Notes under the pieces: model-generated
Seen by the model: only the letters and a program-made list of their open reading frames with translations
Told to the model about the DNA's origin: nothing
The model's database searches: none
Made by a program: the position numbers and the translations under genes
From: Flavobacteriales bacterium
GTDB lineage: Bacteria > Bacteroidota > Bacteroidia > Flavobacteriales_F > PHOS-HE28
DNA length: 64,000 nucleotides
Direction of reading: 5' to 3'
NCBI GenBank assembly: GCA_038234075.1
Contig: JBBSUV010000001.1
Location: 6,070-70,069 of the forward strand
Shown here: piece after piece, positions 47,843 to 58,570 of the stretch
Position numbering within the stretch: position 1 is the stretch's first letter
Layout of the letters: each line of letters starts with the position of its first letter

Positions 47843-49216
47843 ATGCAACGACTCTTACTCCTGCTCCTCGGTGCTTCTTGCGGCCTGCTCAGCCAAGCAC
47901 AATACCCGGCAAGGCTCGTCTTCAACAGCGCTGCAACTACTGTGAACAATCATCCATTCGTGGTCTTCAACCCGGACAATAACGCAACCACGAATCCGGG
48001 CACCTACTTGGTGATCGACAATCCCAACGCGAATGCGATCACCATGGTGGGAACGGTCACGGCGAATGTCCCCATCATTAAAAGCGAAACGGAGCTGAAC
48101 AAGATCCGCTGGGCGACGGGGTCCAGCCTCCAAACCTACGTTGTGCCCTTCTCTACCGGCACCCCAGTCGCCGGCGTGGCCATACCGCTCACGGTCCAGC
48201 AGACCTCCCCCGGAGCTGGTGCAGGTTCTATCGTATTTTCCACGTACAATAGCTTGGGGAAATCACCAGGTTCTCCGGTGGCCAGTGGATGGAACAACTA
48301 CAATTACCGGCCTTCCGATGTCACTCACATGAATGATCAGCTCACCGGGTTGGTGAACAATTCAAAGAATGCGATAGACCGATTCTGGATCATCGATGCG
48401 GGGGAAGGCAGCTATGCATATGGAACCAAGCCAGCGGTGACCATCACCTTTGCATTTGATCCATTGGAGACACAGGCCAATGGAGGGAATGACGCCGGTC
48501 TCTTGTATACGGCGAACAACTTGGTGGCCCAGCGTTTCAATTCGGCGGTCGGCTTTTGGTACGATATCCTGCCCATGGGCAGCCAAAGTGGACTGACGGT
48601 TTCGGGGGTCTCCCCCTCATCCGCCGATTTTTTCCGCAGTTGGACCTTATCGAACACCCAGTCGCCGTTGCCTATCACCTTGGTGGCGTGGGACGGCCAG
48701 TGCGAAGGCAAGGTTGTGAAGCTGACGTGGACCACAGCATCCGAGCAGGATAACCACCATTTCACGATTGAGAAAAGCCGCGATGCCAATGATTGGTCCG
48801 CTATAGGCACGGTGCCCGGAGCAGGTAACAGCAGTAGTATGATCAGCTATTCCTTCACCGATGACGGCGCTCAGGGCTTGGCCTACTACCGCCTGCGCCA
48901 GACCGACATCAACGGCACCACCACGGTGAGCAACACCATCGCAGCAGGTTGCGGCACGGACAACGGCATCGCCATCGTGAATGCATGGGATGACGGTGAT
49001 CACCTGAATATCGTCGTCTCCTCCACATTGGATGCCGTCTACGACCTCACCCTGATGGACGCCCAAGGCAAGGTGATGGCCACCCGGGCCTCCCAGGTGA
49101 TCAATACCGGTTCCACCACACTTCAGGTGGACAAGCGCGGCATCTCCACCGGCATCTACATGGTGCAGTTGTTGAACAGCACCAACGTGATGTCGCGTCG
49201 GGTGCATTTGGATTAA
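47843..49216 (+). CDS. Secreted hypothetical protein with a probable T9SS C-terminal sorting domain
   Basis: Signal peptide MQRLLLLLLGASCGLLSQAQ. Ser/Thr/Asn/Gly-rich beta-rich body. C-terminal roughly 80 aa (LTLMDAQGKV...GIYMVQLLNSTNVMSRRVHLD) looks like a T9SS CTD. Confidence 0.5.
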   Translation: MQRLLLLLLGASCGLLSQAQYPARLVFNSAATTVNNHPFVVFNPDNNATTNPGTYLVIDNPNANAITMVGTVTANVPIIKSETELNKIRWATGSSLQTYVVPFSTGTPVAGVAIPLTVQQTSPGAGAGSIVFSTYNSLGKSPGSPVASGWNNYNYRPSDVTHMNDQLTGLVNNSKNAIDRFWIIDAGEGSYAYGTKPAVTITFAFDPLETQANGGNDAGLLYTANNLVAQRFNSAVGFWYDILPMGSQSGLTVSGVSPSSADFFRSWTLSNTQSPLPITLVAWDGQCEGKVVKLTWTTASEQDNHHFTIEKSRDANDWSAIGTVPGAGNSSSMISYSFTDDGAQGLAYYRLRQTDINGTTTVSNTIAAGCGTDNGIAIVNAWDDGDHLNIVVSSTLDAVYDLTLMDAQGKVMATRASQVINTGSTTLQVDKRGISTGIYMVQLLNSTNVMSRRVHLD

Positions 49217-49336
49217 CGCGACCAGCTCTTGTTCGGTGATCGAACGAACGATCCAGCAGGTGGCATTGTTTAAGTTCGTTGTCGACCACAGTTCATTGTG
49301 ACGGAGCATTGCGGCCGCTCCGTAGGTTCGTAGCGC

Positions 49337-50479
49337 ATGTCGACCGATACCGCTCACGATCCGTTCCGATCGCACTTCCGCATCGCCCTACCCCGACGGC
49401 TCTGGTGGATCTTGGTAGCGCATGCCCTGCTCCTCTTCGGCATCTGGTCGCTCCAAGGCATCCTGACGGACAAGGAGGCCTTGAAGTATATCGGCTGCGC
49501 CCAGGACGTCTTGCAGGGTGAACTTGGTGGAGACCTGCTCCAGCGTTACCGGCTGTATGCCACTTACATCCTGTTCCTTGTCCCCTTTGTTGCCATTGGC
49601 ATACCCACGCTCGCCGTAGCGTTGCAGATCGGACTAGGCATCTGTGCCGCGTTCACGCTGCGTCGCTGCGTTCTTCGGCTTCATGGAACATCCGTTCAGG
49701 CCGATCTCGTCTTCGCCCTCTTTCTCCTCGCCTATCCGATCCAGATCTGGACCTTGGCCTTGTACAGCGAGTCCTTCTTTGTGAGCCTATCGATCCTCTT
49801 CCTTGGTGAGGCATTGCGCACCGACCGGACCTTGCACCTACTACTGATCCTGGCGATGTTGTTGACCTTCGCTCGTCCGGTCGGGGTCTTGTTCGTGGCC
49901 CCGGTACTCGTTTGGCGTGTCATGGAGAACAACGGCAAAGTGAGGATCTTCTGGATCTGGGCAACAAGTGCTGTTATGCTGTTGCCCATCCTGCTCCTAC
50001 CCGTCCACGGCTTGGATCAATTGCGGATAGTGGTGGAAGCTCATGCGATCGGTGGTTTTCCGAAGTATCCGGAATACGGGTCCCTTTTTCACGGCAGCAC
50101 GCTGGCGGATGCCCAGACCCAGCTCATTCGCGATCATGGCCTAAGGTCATGGACGGGCATCGTTCTTGAGCGGATGGCATGGTTATTCAGTCTGTGGCGC
50201 CCATACTTCTCCAAATTCCACAACGCCCTGACGGTTCCCTTCCTGCTCCTTTACCCGTTGGCGCTGCTCACCGTTGTCCGCCAGAGGAAAACCCCATTCG
50301 TCCAGGTACTCACTGCCATATTGTTGTTGAATGCGATCGTGGTGGGTCTCACCTATGCCGAGTGGAACGGACGCTTCTTGGTGCCGCTGCTTCCGGTGAT
50401 CATGCTTTTGGCCGTGCTATCCGTTCCTTTTTGGAAGGCGCAGCGACCTCCCGGGTCACTGTCGAAAGAGCATTCGTGA
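49337..50479 (+). CDS. Polytopic integral membrane protein (possible GT-C type glycosyltransferase), hypothetical
   Basis: 380 aa with about 10 hydrophobic helices. No decisive motif. Confidence 0.4.
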   Translation: MSTDTAHDPFRSHFRIALPRRLWWILVAHALLLFGIWSLQGILTDKEALKYIGCAQDVLQGELGGDLLQRYRLYATYILFLVPFVAIGIPTLAVALQIGLGICAAFTLRRCVLRLHGTSVQADLVFALFLLAYPIQIWTLALYSESFFVSLSILFLGEALRTDRTLHLLLILAMLLTFARPVGVLFVAPVLVWRVMENNGKVRIFWIWATSAVMLLPILLLPVHGLDQLRIVVEAHAIGGFPKYPEYGSLFHGSTLADAQTQLIRDHGLRSWTGIVLERMAWLFSLWRPYFSKFHNALTVPFLLLYPLALLTVVRQRKTPFVQVLTAILLLNAIVVGLTYAEWNGRFLVPLLPVIMLLAVLSVPFWKAQRPPGSLSKEHS

Positions 50480-50492
50480 TCGGTGATAGAGC

Positions 50493-52163
50493 CTAATTCG
50501 ACCGTCTCCTCACTGCCATTCCGCCGGCCAGGAGCAGGAGCAGCGCGGACACTCCGTACGCGCCCTTGCCGATGTAATCCCCGTGCTTCACATAGAAGGT
50601 GAGGTCGGTCCTTGTATGCACCGTGGCGCGGACGGTGGCCGTGACCCACCAATCCGTTCCGTGGTGCATGTCCCCGCGCTGATCGATGGTGCAGGAGATG
50701 CCGGTGTTCGCACAGCGGGCCACGTCACGGCGTGTTTCCACGGCCCGAAGTTTCCCATAGAGCAGATGCTGCTTGTAGCCGGGCGTATCGCCCCACCAGC
50801 CATCGTTGGTCATCACCACGATGAGGTTGGCGCCGTTGCGGACATGCGCCGCCACGTGATCGCCGTAGATGCTCTCGTAACAGATGGTCGGGGCGACGCC
50901 TACGCGCTTGTCGGGGCTCCAGATCACGGAGCGTTCCTCCTGCGTGCCGAGGCTTCCGGTGGTGCCTCCCAGATCCAAGGCTATGTCGCTCAAAGGCCCG
51001 AGCACCTCCTCGAAAGGCATCAATTCCACCCCCGGGACCAACTTGGACTTGTTGTAGGCCTCAAAGCTGCCGTCGGAACGGACCATCAGGGCCGCGTTGT
51101 ACGCATCGAAGGCGCGTTCCATGCCTTCCAACGGCCGGGCTGAAAATGGATGCGGCGCCCCCAATGGAAAGAGCCGCGCCGCGGACATGCCAGAAATGAG
51201 CGAAGTGCCGGGATGCTTGTGCAGGAATGCGCGGATCCGCTGCAGGCTGACACTGTTGCTCATGTCGTTCTCCCAAAGCCCGTGGAACACCAAGCGTCCG
51301 TTCAGGTTCTCCAGCGTTGGCGGCTCCTGCAAGGCGGTCTCCGGCATCACTATCAATGCCGTAGTGCTGTCGACCAAGGGTGCGGCCTGCGCCAGCATGC
51401 GGTCCAATTGAGCAAGCGGGTCCACCGCACCGAACTTCTCGGTGTAAGGATCGATGTCCGGTTGCACGAGCACTACCCCGACGGGTTCGCCGCCCTCCTT
51501 GAAGGTGAAGTAGCGGTAATAGGATCCGACCAAGGGAACGGCGATCACGAGAAATGCCCACAACGCCGAGGTGGTTATGAGGCGATGTGCCTTACCGGGA
51601 GCTTGCAGTGCGACTTTAAGCACGAAGAAATTCGCGGCCCATATCCAGATCGTGCCACCGAGGTGCCCGGTGATCTCGTACCACTGCACCCACGCGGTGT
51701 GCCCGGCGAACACGTTGCCGAGCGTGAGCCATGGCCAACTAAGGTCCCAGTGCATGTGGAAACGCTCGAAAGCGACCCAGAAGACCAACAAGGCCCAACG
51801 CGCCCCGGAGCCTCCCAGCCCGCGCCGCACGATCCGGAACAACAGCCATGGCACGGACATCACGAGCACATTGCCCACGTTCGGCCCGATGAGGGTGAAC
51901 AGCCGCGTACCGATGGATTCGCTCACGCAGAACAACCACCACGTGGTGGCCAGGTTCCACACCAACAAGGCCAACATCACGTAAGGCATGAAGTTCCGGG
52001 GCCGTTCCCCCTTTGCGCTGCGGGCATAACGTTCCTCCGCCCAGAGCAACGGGACCCAAGCAATGAAGATCAACGGGGTGAGGCGCCCAACCGCAGGCCA
52101 TGACAAAGCCAGAAGTACGCCGGTGAGAAGGGCGCAGCGGAGATAGAAGGAGCGGTGCCGCAT
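50493..52163 (-). CDS. lnt: Apolipoprotein N-acyltransferase Lnt
   Basis: N-terminal multi-TM domain plus a C-terminal CN-hydrolase domain (ICYESIYGDHV ... MTNDGWWGDTPGYKQH). The likely start is the Met at 52163; the ORF track start is 52271. Confidence 0.8.
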   Translation of the reverse strand: MRHRSFYLRCALLTGVLLALSWPAVGRLTPLIFIAWVPLLWAEERYARSAKGERPRNFMPYVMLALLVWNLATTWWLFCVSESIGTRLFTLIGPNVGNVLVMSVPWLLFRIVRRGLGGSGARWALLVFWVAFERFHMHWDLSWPWLTLGNVFAGHTAWVQWYEITGHLGGTIWIWAANFFVLKVALQAPGKAHRLITTSALWAFLVIAVPLVGSYYRYFTFKEGGEPVGVVLVQPDIDPYTEKFGAVDPLAQLDRMLAQAAPLVDSTTALIVMPETALQEPPTLENLNGRLVFHGLWENDMSNSVSLQRIRAFLHKHPGTSLISGMSAARLFPLGAPHPFSARPLEGMERAFDAYNAALMVRSDGSFEAYNKSKLVPGVELMPFEEVLGPLSDIALDLGGTTGSLGTQEERSVIWSPDKRVGVAPTICYESIYGDHVAAHVRNGANLIVVMTNDGWWGDTPGYKQHLLYGKLRAVETRRDVARCANTGISCTIDQRGDMHHGTDWWVTATVRATVHTRTDLTFYVKHGDYIGKGAYGVSALLLLLAGGMAVRRRSN

Positions 52164-52296
52164 GTGGCCGAAAGTAGGTATCGAAGGCGGGGTCAACTTC
52201 ATGGAAGGCCCCCTATCGCTCGCCGAAGATCGTACAGAGCCCTTACCTCCACCTGCCCAGTTCTTCACCACCGAACCTGATCAAGCGGTCGATCAT

Positions 52297-55200
52297 CTAC
52301 CGCAGTAGGTACATCTTCCCGAAGCCCTTCTTGAAATAAGAGCTGGCCCCACCATCGCGGTATTCAATGTCCTGGCCGTTCAACTGGGCCATCACGCGAT
52401 AGAGGTACACGCCACGCGCCAAGCGGTCCCCGAACTGGTCGGTGCCGTCCCAAGCGAAATCCGTGATGTTGCGACCCACGTGTAAGGGTCCGATCTCACT
52501 CATCGGCACCTCGCGCACCACGCGACCGCTGATGGTCATGATCTGGATGCGCATGGCCGTAGGCACTTCATGCCCGGTGAGCGTGAAGACGAAGCGCGTA
52601 CTGGTGGTGAACGGGTTTGGGTAATTGAGCACTTCGGTTATCGTGGCCCGGTTGATCACCTCGAAGTTCACGCTGTTGTCGCGGTCGCCGCTGTTGTTGC
52701 GGCTCTTGTCACTGGCGCGCACGGTGAGCTGGTATTTGCCGTCCGCAGCGAAGTCGGGCCGGTAGAAGACCTTGCTGACATTGGCCGGACCATTGGCAGG
52801 GACGAACTGAAGGATATCCTGATTGCCTTGACGGAACCAGATACGGTTCACCGAGCCCGAGGGATCCGTCAGGAAGACTTTGAAGAAAGCCGTGTCCGTA
52901 GGCTCGTTAAGCAAGAGGGCCTGGTTCTCATCGTCCAAGGTCACCTGGATCTCCGGTTTCGCGCTCACGATGTCGCCGTCCAGGATGTGGATGCCGTCGA
53001 AGGTCACATCGAGCACAGGGTTCTCCAGATCCTGTTGGGTAAGGAAACGCAGTACCGCGATGTTGTTGAAGTGGTACTGTTCCGGCTGGTCGTATAAATG
53101 GGTAACGGTGTCCACCGGATTCGCTTCGATACGGATGGAATTGGGCCCGGGGAACTGTTGGGTATCGAAGCGGATGGTATCCTGCAGGATGGCACCCACA
53201 GCCAGCGGTGCATTGTATTTGTAATGGACCAGATGGCTCTGGTTGTTATGGTCCGTTACCCATGCGCCCATGAGCAAGCTGTCCATGGGTACTTGACCAA
53301 TGTTCCTCACGGTGACCATCACCTCGCCTTGTTGGCCTTGGAAGATGCTGTCCAAGTGGGCATAATAACCACCGGGCGGGTCAAGCGCACACTCGGGGGC
53401 GGGCGTGCCGAGGAGCTGCCAGCGCCGGATCTGCGAGGGGCGTTGAACATTGAGCGAATCGTTCCAGAAACGCCCCTTCAGCCGGAGTTGTGGGAACTGC
53501 TGCGCCGTAAGGAACGGCTGCAGATCTATATCCCCTGTCGGTCCCGAAAGATCCAATAAAGGCTGCTCTGTCAATTGCGGTGTAACGCCCATCAACTGCA
53601 CGCGCGAGCTGTCGTAAGGTTGCAACGGCCGCAGTTTCCAGCTCAGGGATTCCCAGCCCAGGGCCTGATTGCTCCGAGGAGCGAGAATGGAGCCGCTGTG
53701 CGGGTTCAGCTGCATGTGCGCCGTCATGCTGATCAGCGCGGTTCTAGTGTCCCCCCAGATCTCTTGGATGGATGAGGGATCGCCCTTCCTGCAGAAGAAA
53801 ATGTAGGGCACGCTGTCCTGTACGGTGCCGTTGGCGAGGTTGGTCGCTCCCAAAGCTTGCAAGGCTCCCAACGCGTTGCTCGCATCGAGGACGGTCCGGT
53901 TAAGATAGAGATAGGTGTGCACGAGCACATAGTATCCATCGGGGATCCTGTTGGTCAGCATGTTCGCCATGCTGTCCATCATCGCCGGGTTGTTGCAGTA
54001 GAAAATGAAACTGCGTTCTTGGCGCTGCTTACAAGCTCCGTTCTTATTCTTCTGCCCGTAGTCACGGCCTACACCGTTATATAGGGTCATCCACGTGGTG
54101 AAGTCAAAGGGATCCACCACGCTCACATTCATGGAGGGGAAGGGGCCGCAGCCCTGTCCTTCCTGCGGAATGATGTCCTTGGTCCAAGAGCACTGTATAT
54201 AGTCGGCACCACGCACCTCGCAAGAGATCTGGTGATTGCTTGCCGGATAAGTGAAGCTGCGCGCCGGACGGTCATATCCGATCAGGTTGAAGTCATCATT
54301 CTTGAACTGGAAGAAGTGCGCTTGGCCCCAGCCCTGCCGACCGTTGATGTGCTGGAAAGAGAACTCATGCCAGTTATAGTTGCCCTGTCCCGCGCTATCC
54401 AAGGCACAGCGCCAGAAATAGACCGTGCTGTCCTGACCATTGGTATGTGTGTAGATCGAAGAAGGCTGCCACTGGACCACGCCGCCGGGGGCGGTGAGCG
54501 TATGCTGCTCCATCACCGGGCTGTTGTAGAGGTCCGTGGTGTCGATCTGGAAGATATAGTTGCGCGGAGGTGCGAAGGGATCGCCCGTGCTGGCCTTGAG
54601 CATCGGCGAATTATTGGAGAGGATCGCAAGATCATACGGGTCCACCGGCAGCAGGTCCCCGGTATTGATATTGAGCTGTATAAAGGCCTTGTTGTTGGCC
54701 TCCTCCTCTTCCTCCGGGATCAGATCGGGGTCCAGGTCGAGGCGCACCCGTAATACGTTCAGTCCCTGCCCGCTGGCACCTGCAGCCGTGGGCAGCGTGA
54801 AGAACACCGAGTCCTGAAAAGCGTTCATGCTCACCTGTTTCAACAGTGGCGGAAGTGTGAGGCCTTCTGAAATGAGCGAACGTTCCAAGGCGACGGAAAA
54901 AGACTGATGGGTGCCTCTGCCATTGTTCCGGAAGATCACCCGGACCTGGAAGGAATCCACATCGGCGGTCACTTGCGCCGGAATGGTCGTGATGTCGGCG
55001 GCGGTCACCTCCAGATCGGCCAACTTCGGCGAGTTCATCACCAAGGTGGGGTCGCCATGCAGTGTCATGGTCTCCGCGCTGTTGACGTTGTATAGATCAC
55101 CTTGCGCCAACTGGTCCTGTACCGCATAGCGCATGTGCTCGCCAATGCTTTTGCCGTAGTTCACCTGGCTGAAGCTCCTGTAGAAGTCCTGGGTATAGTT

Positions 55201-57378
55201 CCTTAGATAAGTGGCGATGCCCACATCCACTGACGACATGAAGGCCACCGCACCAGCGTTCTGATGGAGGACGAATTGCTCGCTGGCGCTGGTGCCGGTG
55301 TAGAGGTGGATATTACCCGTATAGCACGAATTCCCGATCATGGTGGGGAACTTGCCGTTCCAATCATAATTCACGGGGTTGTCGATGGTGATGTCGAAGC
55401 CCGCACCGAATGCGTGGGCAAAAAAGGTCATCAGGGTGACCCCGTTCGCAATGAGGTCGTGAACGCTATCGACGGCCGCCTGCTCTATGATACCTGCTCC
55501 ATTTTTGTTGAAGCGGGTGACGTGCCCGAAAAAGGACGTGTCCTCGGCCAGTACCCTGAAGCTCTCCAGTGCTGCCCCGAACTGGGCATGTTCACCTTGT
55601 GTATTGCCGCCCCTGAAATGCAGGATATTCTTCATCCATGCCGCGGGCGGTTGGCTTTCCACGGAATCCACCTTGGCGAGGTAATCCAGCACTTCCGTTC
55701 CGTTCTTGGCGGCAAGTCTGCCCACGGGCACGGAAAGGCGAGTGGGTTCGTTACCAGGAACATTCACGCCGAACAGGATGTCGCTGGAAGGCCACCCCAT
55801 GGAGGGGACCAGACAAGCAGCGGATGCCAGGACGTCCCTGCGGTAGCCTTTGTCATAAGCCAGGTTGGAACCCACTACGATGGACCTTACGCTCTTGCCG
55901 ATGAGGAACAGGTCCTTGGGAGGTGATGGTGCATGATCGTAGACATAACGGAGGTAGTTCCGGATGGCCAAGGGATGCTGTCTTACACCCCCGCCGAACT
56001 GATCGTAGAGCTGCTCTACGTCCGCCACTGTCGTGTTATACTGGTTGTGCACATTGCTCTGCCGATAGGTGGCGTATTGCATCACTTCCGGCATCAGGGT
56101 CGGGTGGGTCACGATCACTAATGCTGAATCCTGCAGGTCCTGTGAATAGTCCGCGAAGGATCCCGAACCGTTCACGGGGACCAACAGCCCGATAGGTGTG
56201 ATGCCAGCAGCACGTGCTACCGTCACCCGCATATCCTGAGCGCTCGGTGGCAACACCGCGTGGTAAGTATTACCGGTACCGAACACGGCGTTCACCCGGT
56301 GAAGTCCATTGGCCGCCCACGCATAGACAGCGGGAACACCGGAAGAGATGAAATCGATCCTGATGCTATCGCTCCCCAAGCTGGGAACCTCTACATCCGC
56401 GAAATTGGAAAAGGCAAAATCCTGCGGATAGCGAATGGATAGCCAAGCCGGTGCCGAGGCGTCCAGATAATCAGGGGCCAAACCGCCTGTTGGACAAACG
56501 AGATCATGCACTGCGGTCACATTCACGACCGTACTCGGTGATGCAACCGTGGACGCGGGCAGGGTAAAGGCGTATTTCAGCAATTTATAGCCTTGAAAGG
56601 TGGTGTCGGCAAGGGTGTTACCAGCATGCGTCACTCTCAGATGGTGGTCAAGACACTGCGTGCCGCCAGGATTGTTCAGGCTGGCCAAGGAGATCCGCAG
56701 TGTAGAGGATGGGGGATCTGCCCCCAAATAGAGGCTGGGCATCGCCAACGTATAGGGTACGGTCGCATCCCCACCGTTGGCAGCGATGGTCTGGCTATGA
56801 AAATAGCCTTCCGCCTCCCCTATCGCGGCGGTCGATGCACCGAGGTAATTGCGTATACCTGTCTGGTAGACGGCTGTATATTGAAGCAGCGTTGTCGCCC
56901 AACACCAAGGCAACGGCGTGTAGGCCGCCCAGTTCGTGCTTCCGCTCTCAATGGTGCGCCTCGCTTCGTTCTGCGGCCCCCAAGTGAGGTAGTAGCGGAT
57001 CGTATCGTTATAGAGCGAGTAGTAAGGATTGTTGATGTGAGCTGGACTGTCCCACAGGGCGCTGTCCAGCCACGCATCGTTCTTCGCGCCGTAGAATTCG
57101 ATGTAGTCACTGGTGTTGAACACTCCGTCCTGCTCGCCTTCCAGATGGATCGGGATCTGGCGCCCACGGGCATAGAGCTGAATGGTGCGTGGGTCCACGG
57201 TACCCACTGGGAAGCCCGCATTGGCCAAGGCCGTGGAATCGATCTTCCGCATGCCGTCCTGCCACACTTGGAAGGACCAGTACTGCCGATCGTAATGGAT
57301 CCACTCATTGCCGTAAGGTTGTGCCATGGCGCCAAGCACCGCCACTACCAACAACAACATGAGTAGCGATCTCTTCAT
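52297..57378 (-). CDS. Very large (1693 aa) C25/gingipain-like, PorU-paralogous protein with a T9SS C-terminal domain
   Basis: Signal peptide MKRSLLMLLLVVAVLGAMAQ. Its N-terminal domain is colinear with that of PorU at 1486-5418 (conserved W-x-F-x-V...G...Y...DG-F...D-I-FY pattern). Candidate catalytic His/Cys contexts FFAHAFGAGFD and MIGNSCYTGN. The C-terminal LNYPNPFTTSTRFVF...GVYLYRV is a T9SS CTD. Confidence 0.55.
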   Translation of the reverse strand: MKRSLLMLLLVVAVLGAMAQPYGNEWIHYDRQYWSFQVWQDGMRKIDSTALANAGFPVGTVDPRTIQLYARGRQIPIHLEGEQDGVFNTSDYIEFYGAKNDAWLDSALWDSPAHINNPYYSLYNDTIRYYLTWGPQNEARRTIESGSTNWAAYTPLPWCWATTLLQYTAVYQTGIRNYLGASTAAIGEAEGYFHSQTIAANGGDATVPYTLAMPSLYLGADPPSSTLRISLASLNNPGGTQCLDHHLRVTHAGNTLADTTFQGYKLLKYAFTLPASTVASPSTVVNVTAVHDLVCPTGGLAPDYLDASAPAWLSIRYPQDFAFSNFADVEVPSLGSDSIRIDFISSGVPAVYAWAANGLHRVNAVFGTGNTYHAVLPPSAQDMRVTVARAAGITPIGLLVPVNGSGSFADYSQDLQDSALVIVTHPTLMPEVMQYATYRQSNVHNQYNTTVADVEQLYDQFGGGVRQHPLAIRNYLRYVYDHAPSPPKDLFLIGKSVRSIVVGSNLAYDKGYRRDVLASAACLVPSMGWPSSDILFGVNVPGNEPTRLSVPVGRLAAKNGTEVLDYLAKVDSVESQPPAAWMKNILHFRGGNTQGEHAQFGAALESFRVLAEDTSFFGHVTRFNKNGAGIIEQAAVDSVHDLIANGVTLMTFFAHAFGAGFDITIDNPVNYDWNGKFPTMIGNSCYTGNIHLYTGTSASEQFVLHQNAGAVAFMSSVDVGIATYLRNYTQDFYRSFSQVNYGKSIGEHMRYAVQDQLAQGDLYNVNSAETMTLHGDPTLVMNSPKLADLEVTAADITTIPAQVTADVDSFQVRVIFRNNGRGTHQSFSVALERSLISEGLTLPPLLKQVSMNAFQDSVFFTLPTAAGASGQGLNVLRVRLDLDPDLIPEEEEEANNKAFIQLNINTGDLLPVDPYDLAILSNNSPMLKASTGDPFAPPRNYIFQIDTTDLYNSPVMEQHTLTAPGGVVQWQPSSIYTHTNGQDSTVYFWRCALDSAGQGNYNWHEFSFQHINGRQGWGQAHFFQFKNDDFNLIGYDRPARSFTYPASNHQISCEVRGADYIQCSWTKDIIPQEGQGCGPFPSMNVSVVDPFDFTTWMTLYNGVGRDYGQKNKNGACKQRQERSFIFYCNNPAMMDSMANMLTNRIPDGYYVLVHTYLYLNRTVLDASNALGALQALGATNLANGTVQDSVPYIFFCRKGDPSSIQEIWGDTRTALISMTAHMQLNPHSGSILAPRSNQALGWESLSWKLRPLQPYDSSRVQLMGVTPQLTEQPLLDLSGPTGDIDLQPFLTAQQFPQLRLKGRFWNDSLNVQRPSQIRRWQLLGTPAPECALDPPGGYYAHLDSIFQGQQGEVMVTVRNIGQVPMDSLLMGAWVTDHNNQSHLVHYKYNAPLAVGAILQDTIRFDTQQFPGPNSIRIEANPVDTVTHLYDQPEQYHFNNIAVLRFLTQQDLENPVLDVTFDGIHILDGDIVSAKPEIQVTLDDENQALLLNEPTDTAFFKVFLTDPSGSVNRIWFRQGNQDILQFVPANGPANVSKVFYRPDFAADGKYQLTVRASDKSRNNSGDRDNSVNFEVINRATITEVLNYPNPFTTSTRFVFTLTGHEVPTAMRIQIMTISGRVVREVPMSEIGPLHVGRNITDFAWDGTDQFGDRLARGVYLYRVMAQLNGQDIEYRDGGASSYFKKGFGKMYLLR

Positions 57379-58475
57379 GAGCCGCTTTTCTTGAAGAGGT
57401 CGAACCGCAACGAGAACACGTTGGAGTAAAGTGCAACGCTGTTATCCCCGATATCGGTAAGTGCATAATCCAGCGCCACGCTCTTTATCTTCAGGCCCAC
57501 ACCGATGTTAGGCTGGAAGTTCAACGTCTTCTTGTCGTTGATATCGGTGACGTACTGGAAGTTGTTCACCCCGGCCCGGATATAGACCACATGGGCATAG
57601 CCCAGCTCGATGCCGAGACGTGGGTCTCCGCTCCACGTGCTGGAGGCGAGCAGCGTGTTCCGCTTGCCATCAAACGTGTTCTCCAGATCGGCCTCCGCCA
57701 TGAAGGTCACTTTGCTTCCGAACTTGAACTGGCGGGCGACACCCAGTACCAAGCGGGGCAAGGTCACCTCCACTCCGTTCACGGGGAGTTCGTTGCCCGT
57801 TTGGGCGAACACCTCCTTGGTGCGTTGATCCAAGGAGTAGCTCCACGCGTTGAACGTGCCGGTGATATCCCGGCCCATTGCTGCTAATCGCCACTGGCCG
57901 CGGTCAAACTGAAAGCCTGCATCCAGGCCGAAACCCCATGCTTTCGCGAAAGGCCCGACACTTCGGTAGATCACCTTGGCGTTGGCCCCGAAACGGAGGC
58001 CGGGGATCTTCAACTTCCTGGCATAGCTGATCAGGAAGGCATTGTCCGCCGCGGAAAAGCTGGTGATGCGGTTGTAGTCGAGGTTCCCGTTGTTGTCGAT
58101 GAGCTCGGTGGTGTTTGGGATGTCGTCCACACCGAAGCGGATGAAGGAAACCCCGATCACGCTGGAGGAATCGATGGGCTTGGCAATGGCGATGTAGTCG
58201 TATTTGGCGATGCCCGCGAAGTATTCGCTGTGCATCGCACCGACCTGGAGGTCCCCCTGCACGCCCAAGAGGCCGGCGGGGTTCCAATAACCTGCAGTGA
58301 CGTCATTTACAGCGGCGACGTGGGAATAGCCCATGCCAAGTGAGCGGGCTCCAACGCCGATCGTCAGGAACTCATTGCTGTACTTGGGCGCGTCCTGTGC
58401 TTGCACGATGGCGAACATGCATGAGGCAATGCCGACGGCCGCCATCCTCCAAGAATACCCTCCCGTTAGGTTCAT
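57375..58475 (-). CDS. PorV/PorQ-family T9SS-associated outer-membrane beta-barrel protein (PorQ-like)
   Basis: 366 aa with a signal peptide. LGMGYSHVAAVNDVTAGYWNPAGL parallels the GMGDAGVAL...HWNPSKL segment of PorV in this window. Its stop overlaps the start of the large C25-like gene (ATGA). Confidence 0.55.
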   Translation of the reverse strand: MNLTGGYSWRMAAVGIASCMFAIVQAQDAPKYSNEFLTIGVGARSLGMGYSHVAAVNDVTAGYWNPAGLLGVQGDLQVGAMHSEYFAGIAKYDYIAIAKPIDSSSVIGVSFIRFGVDDIPNTTELIDNNGNLDYNRITSFSAADNAFLISYARKLKIPGLRFGANAKVIYRSVGPFAKAWGFGLDAGFQFDRGQWRLAAMGRDITGTFNAWSYSLDQRTKEVFAQTGNELPVNGVEVTLPRLVLGVARQFKFGSKVTFMAEADLENTFDGKRNTLLASSTWSGDPRLGIELGYAHVVYIRAGVNNFQYVTDINDKKTLNFQPNIGVGLKIKSVALDYALTDIGDNSVALYSNVFSLRFDLFKKSGS

Positions 58476-58570
58476 AGTGTGATCGTTAGACGCATCCTCT
58501 AACAGAAGGTGGCCTCCATTATTGCCCGAAATTACCCAACTTCGGCCGCCGATGACCCGCCTGGGCTTTC

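Noticed and set aside
51150-52103. 317-aa plus-strand ORF
   Set aside because: Antisense to lnt. Low-complexity Arg/Pro/His-rich.
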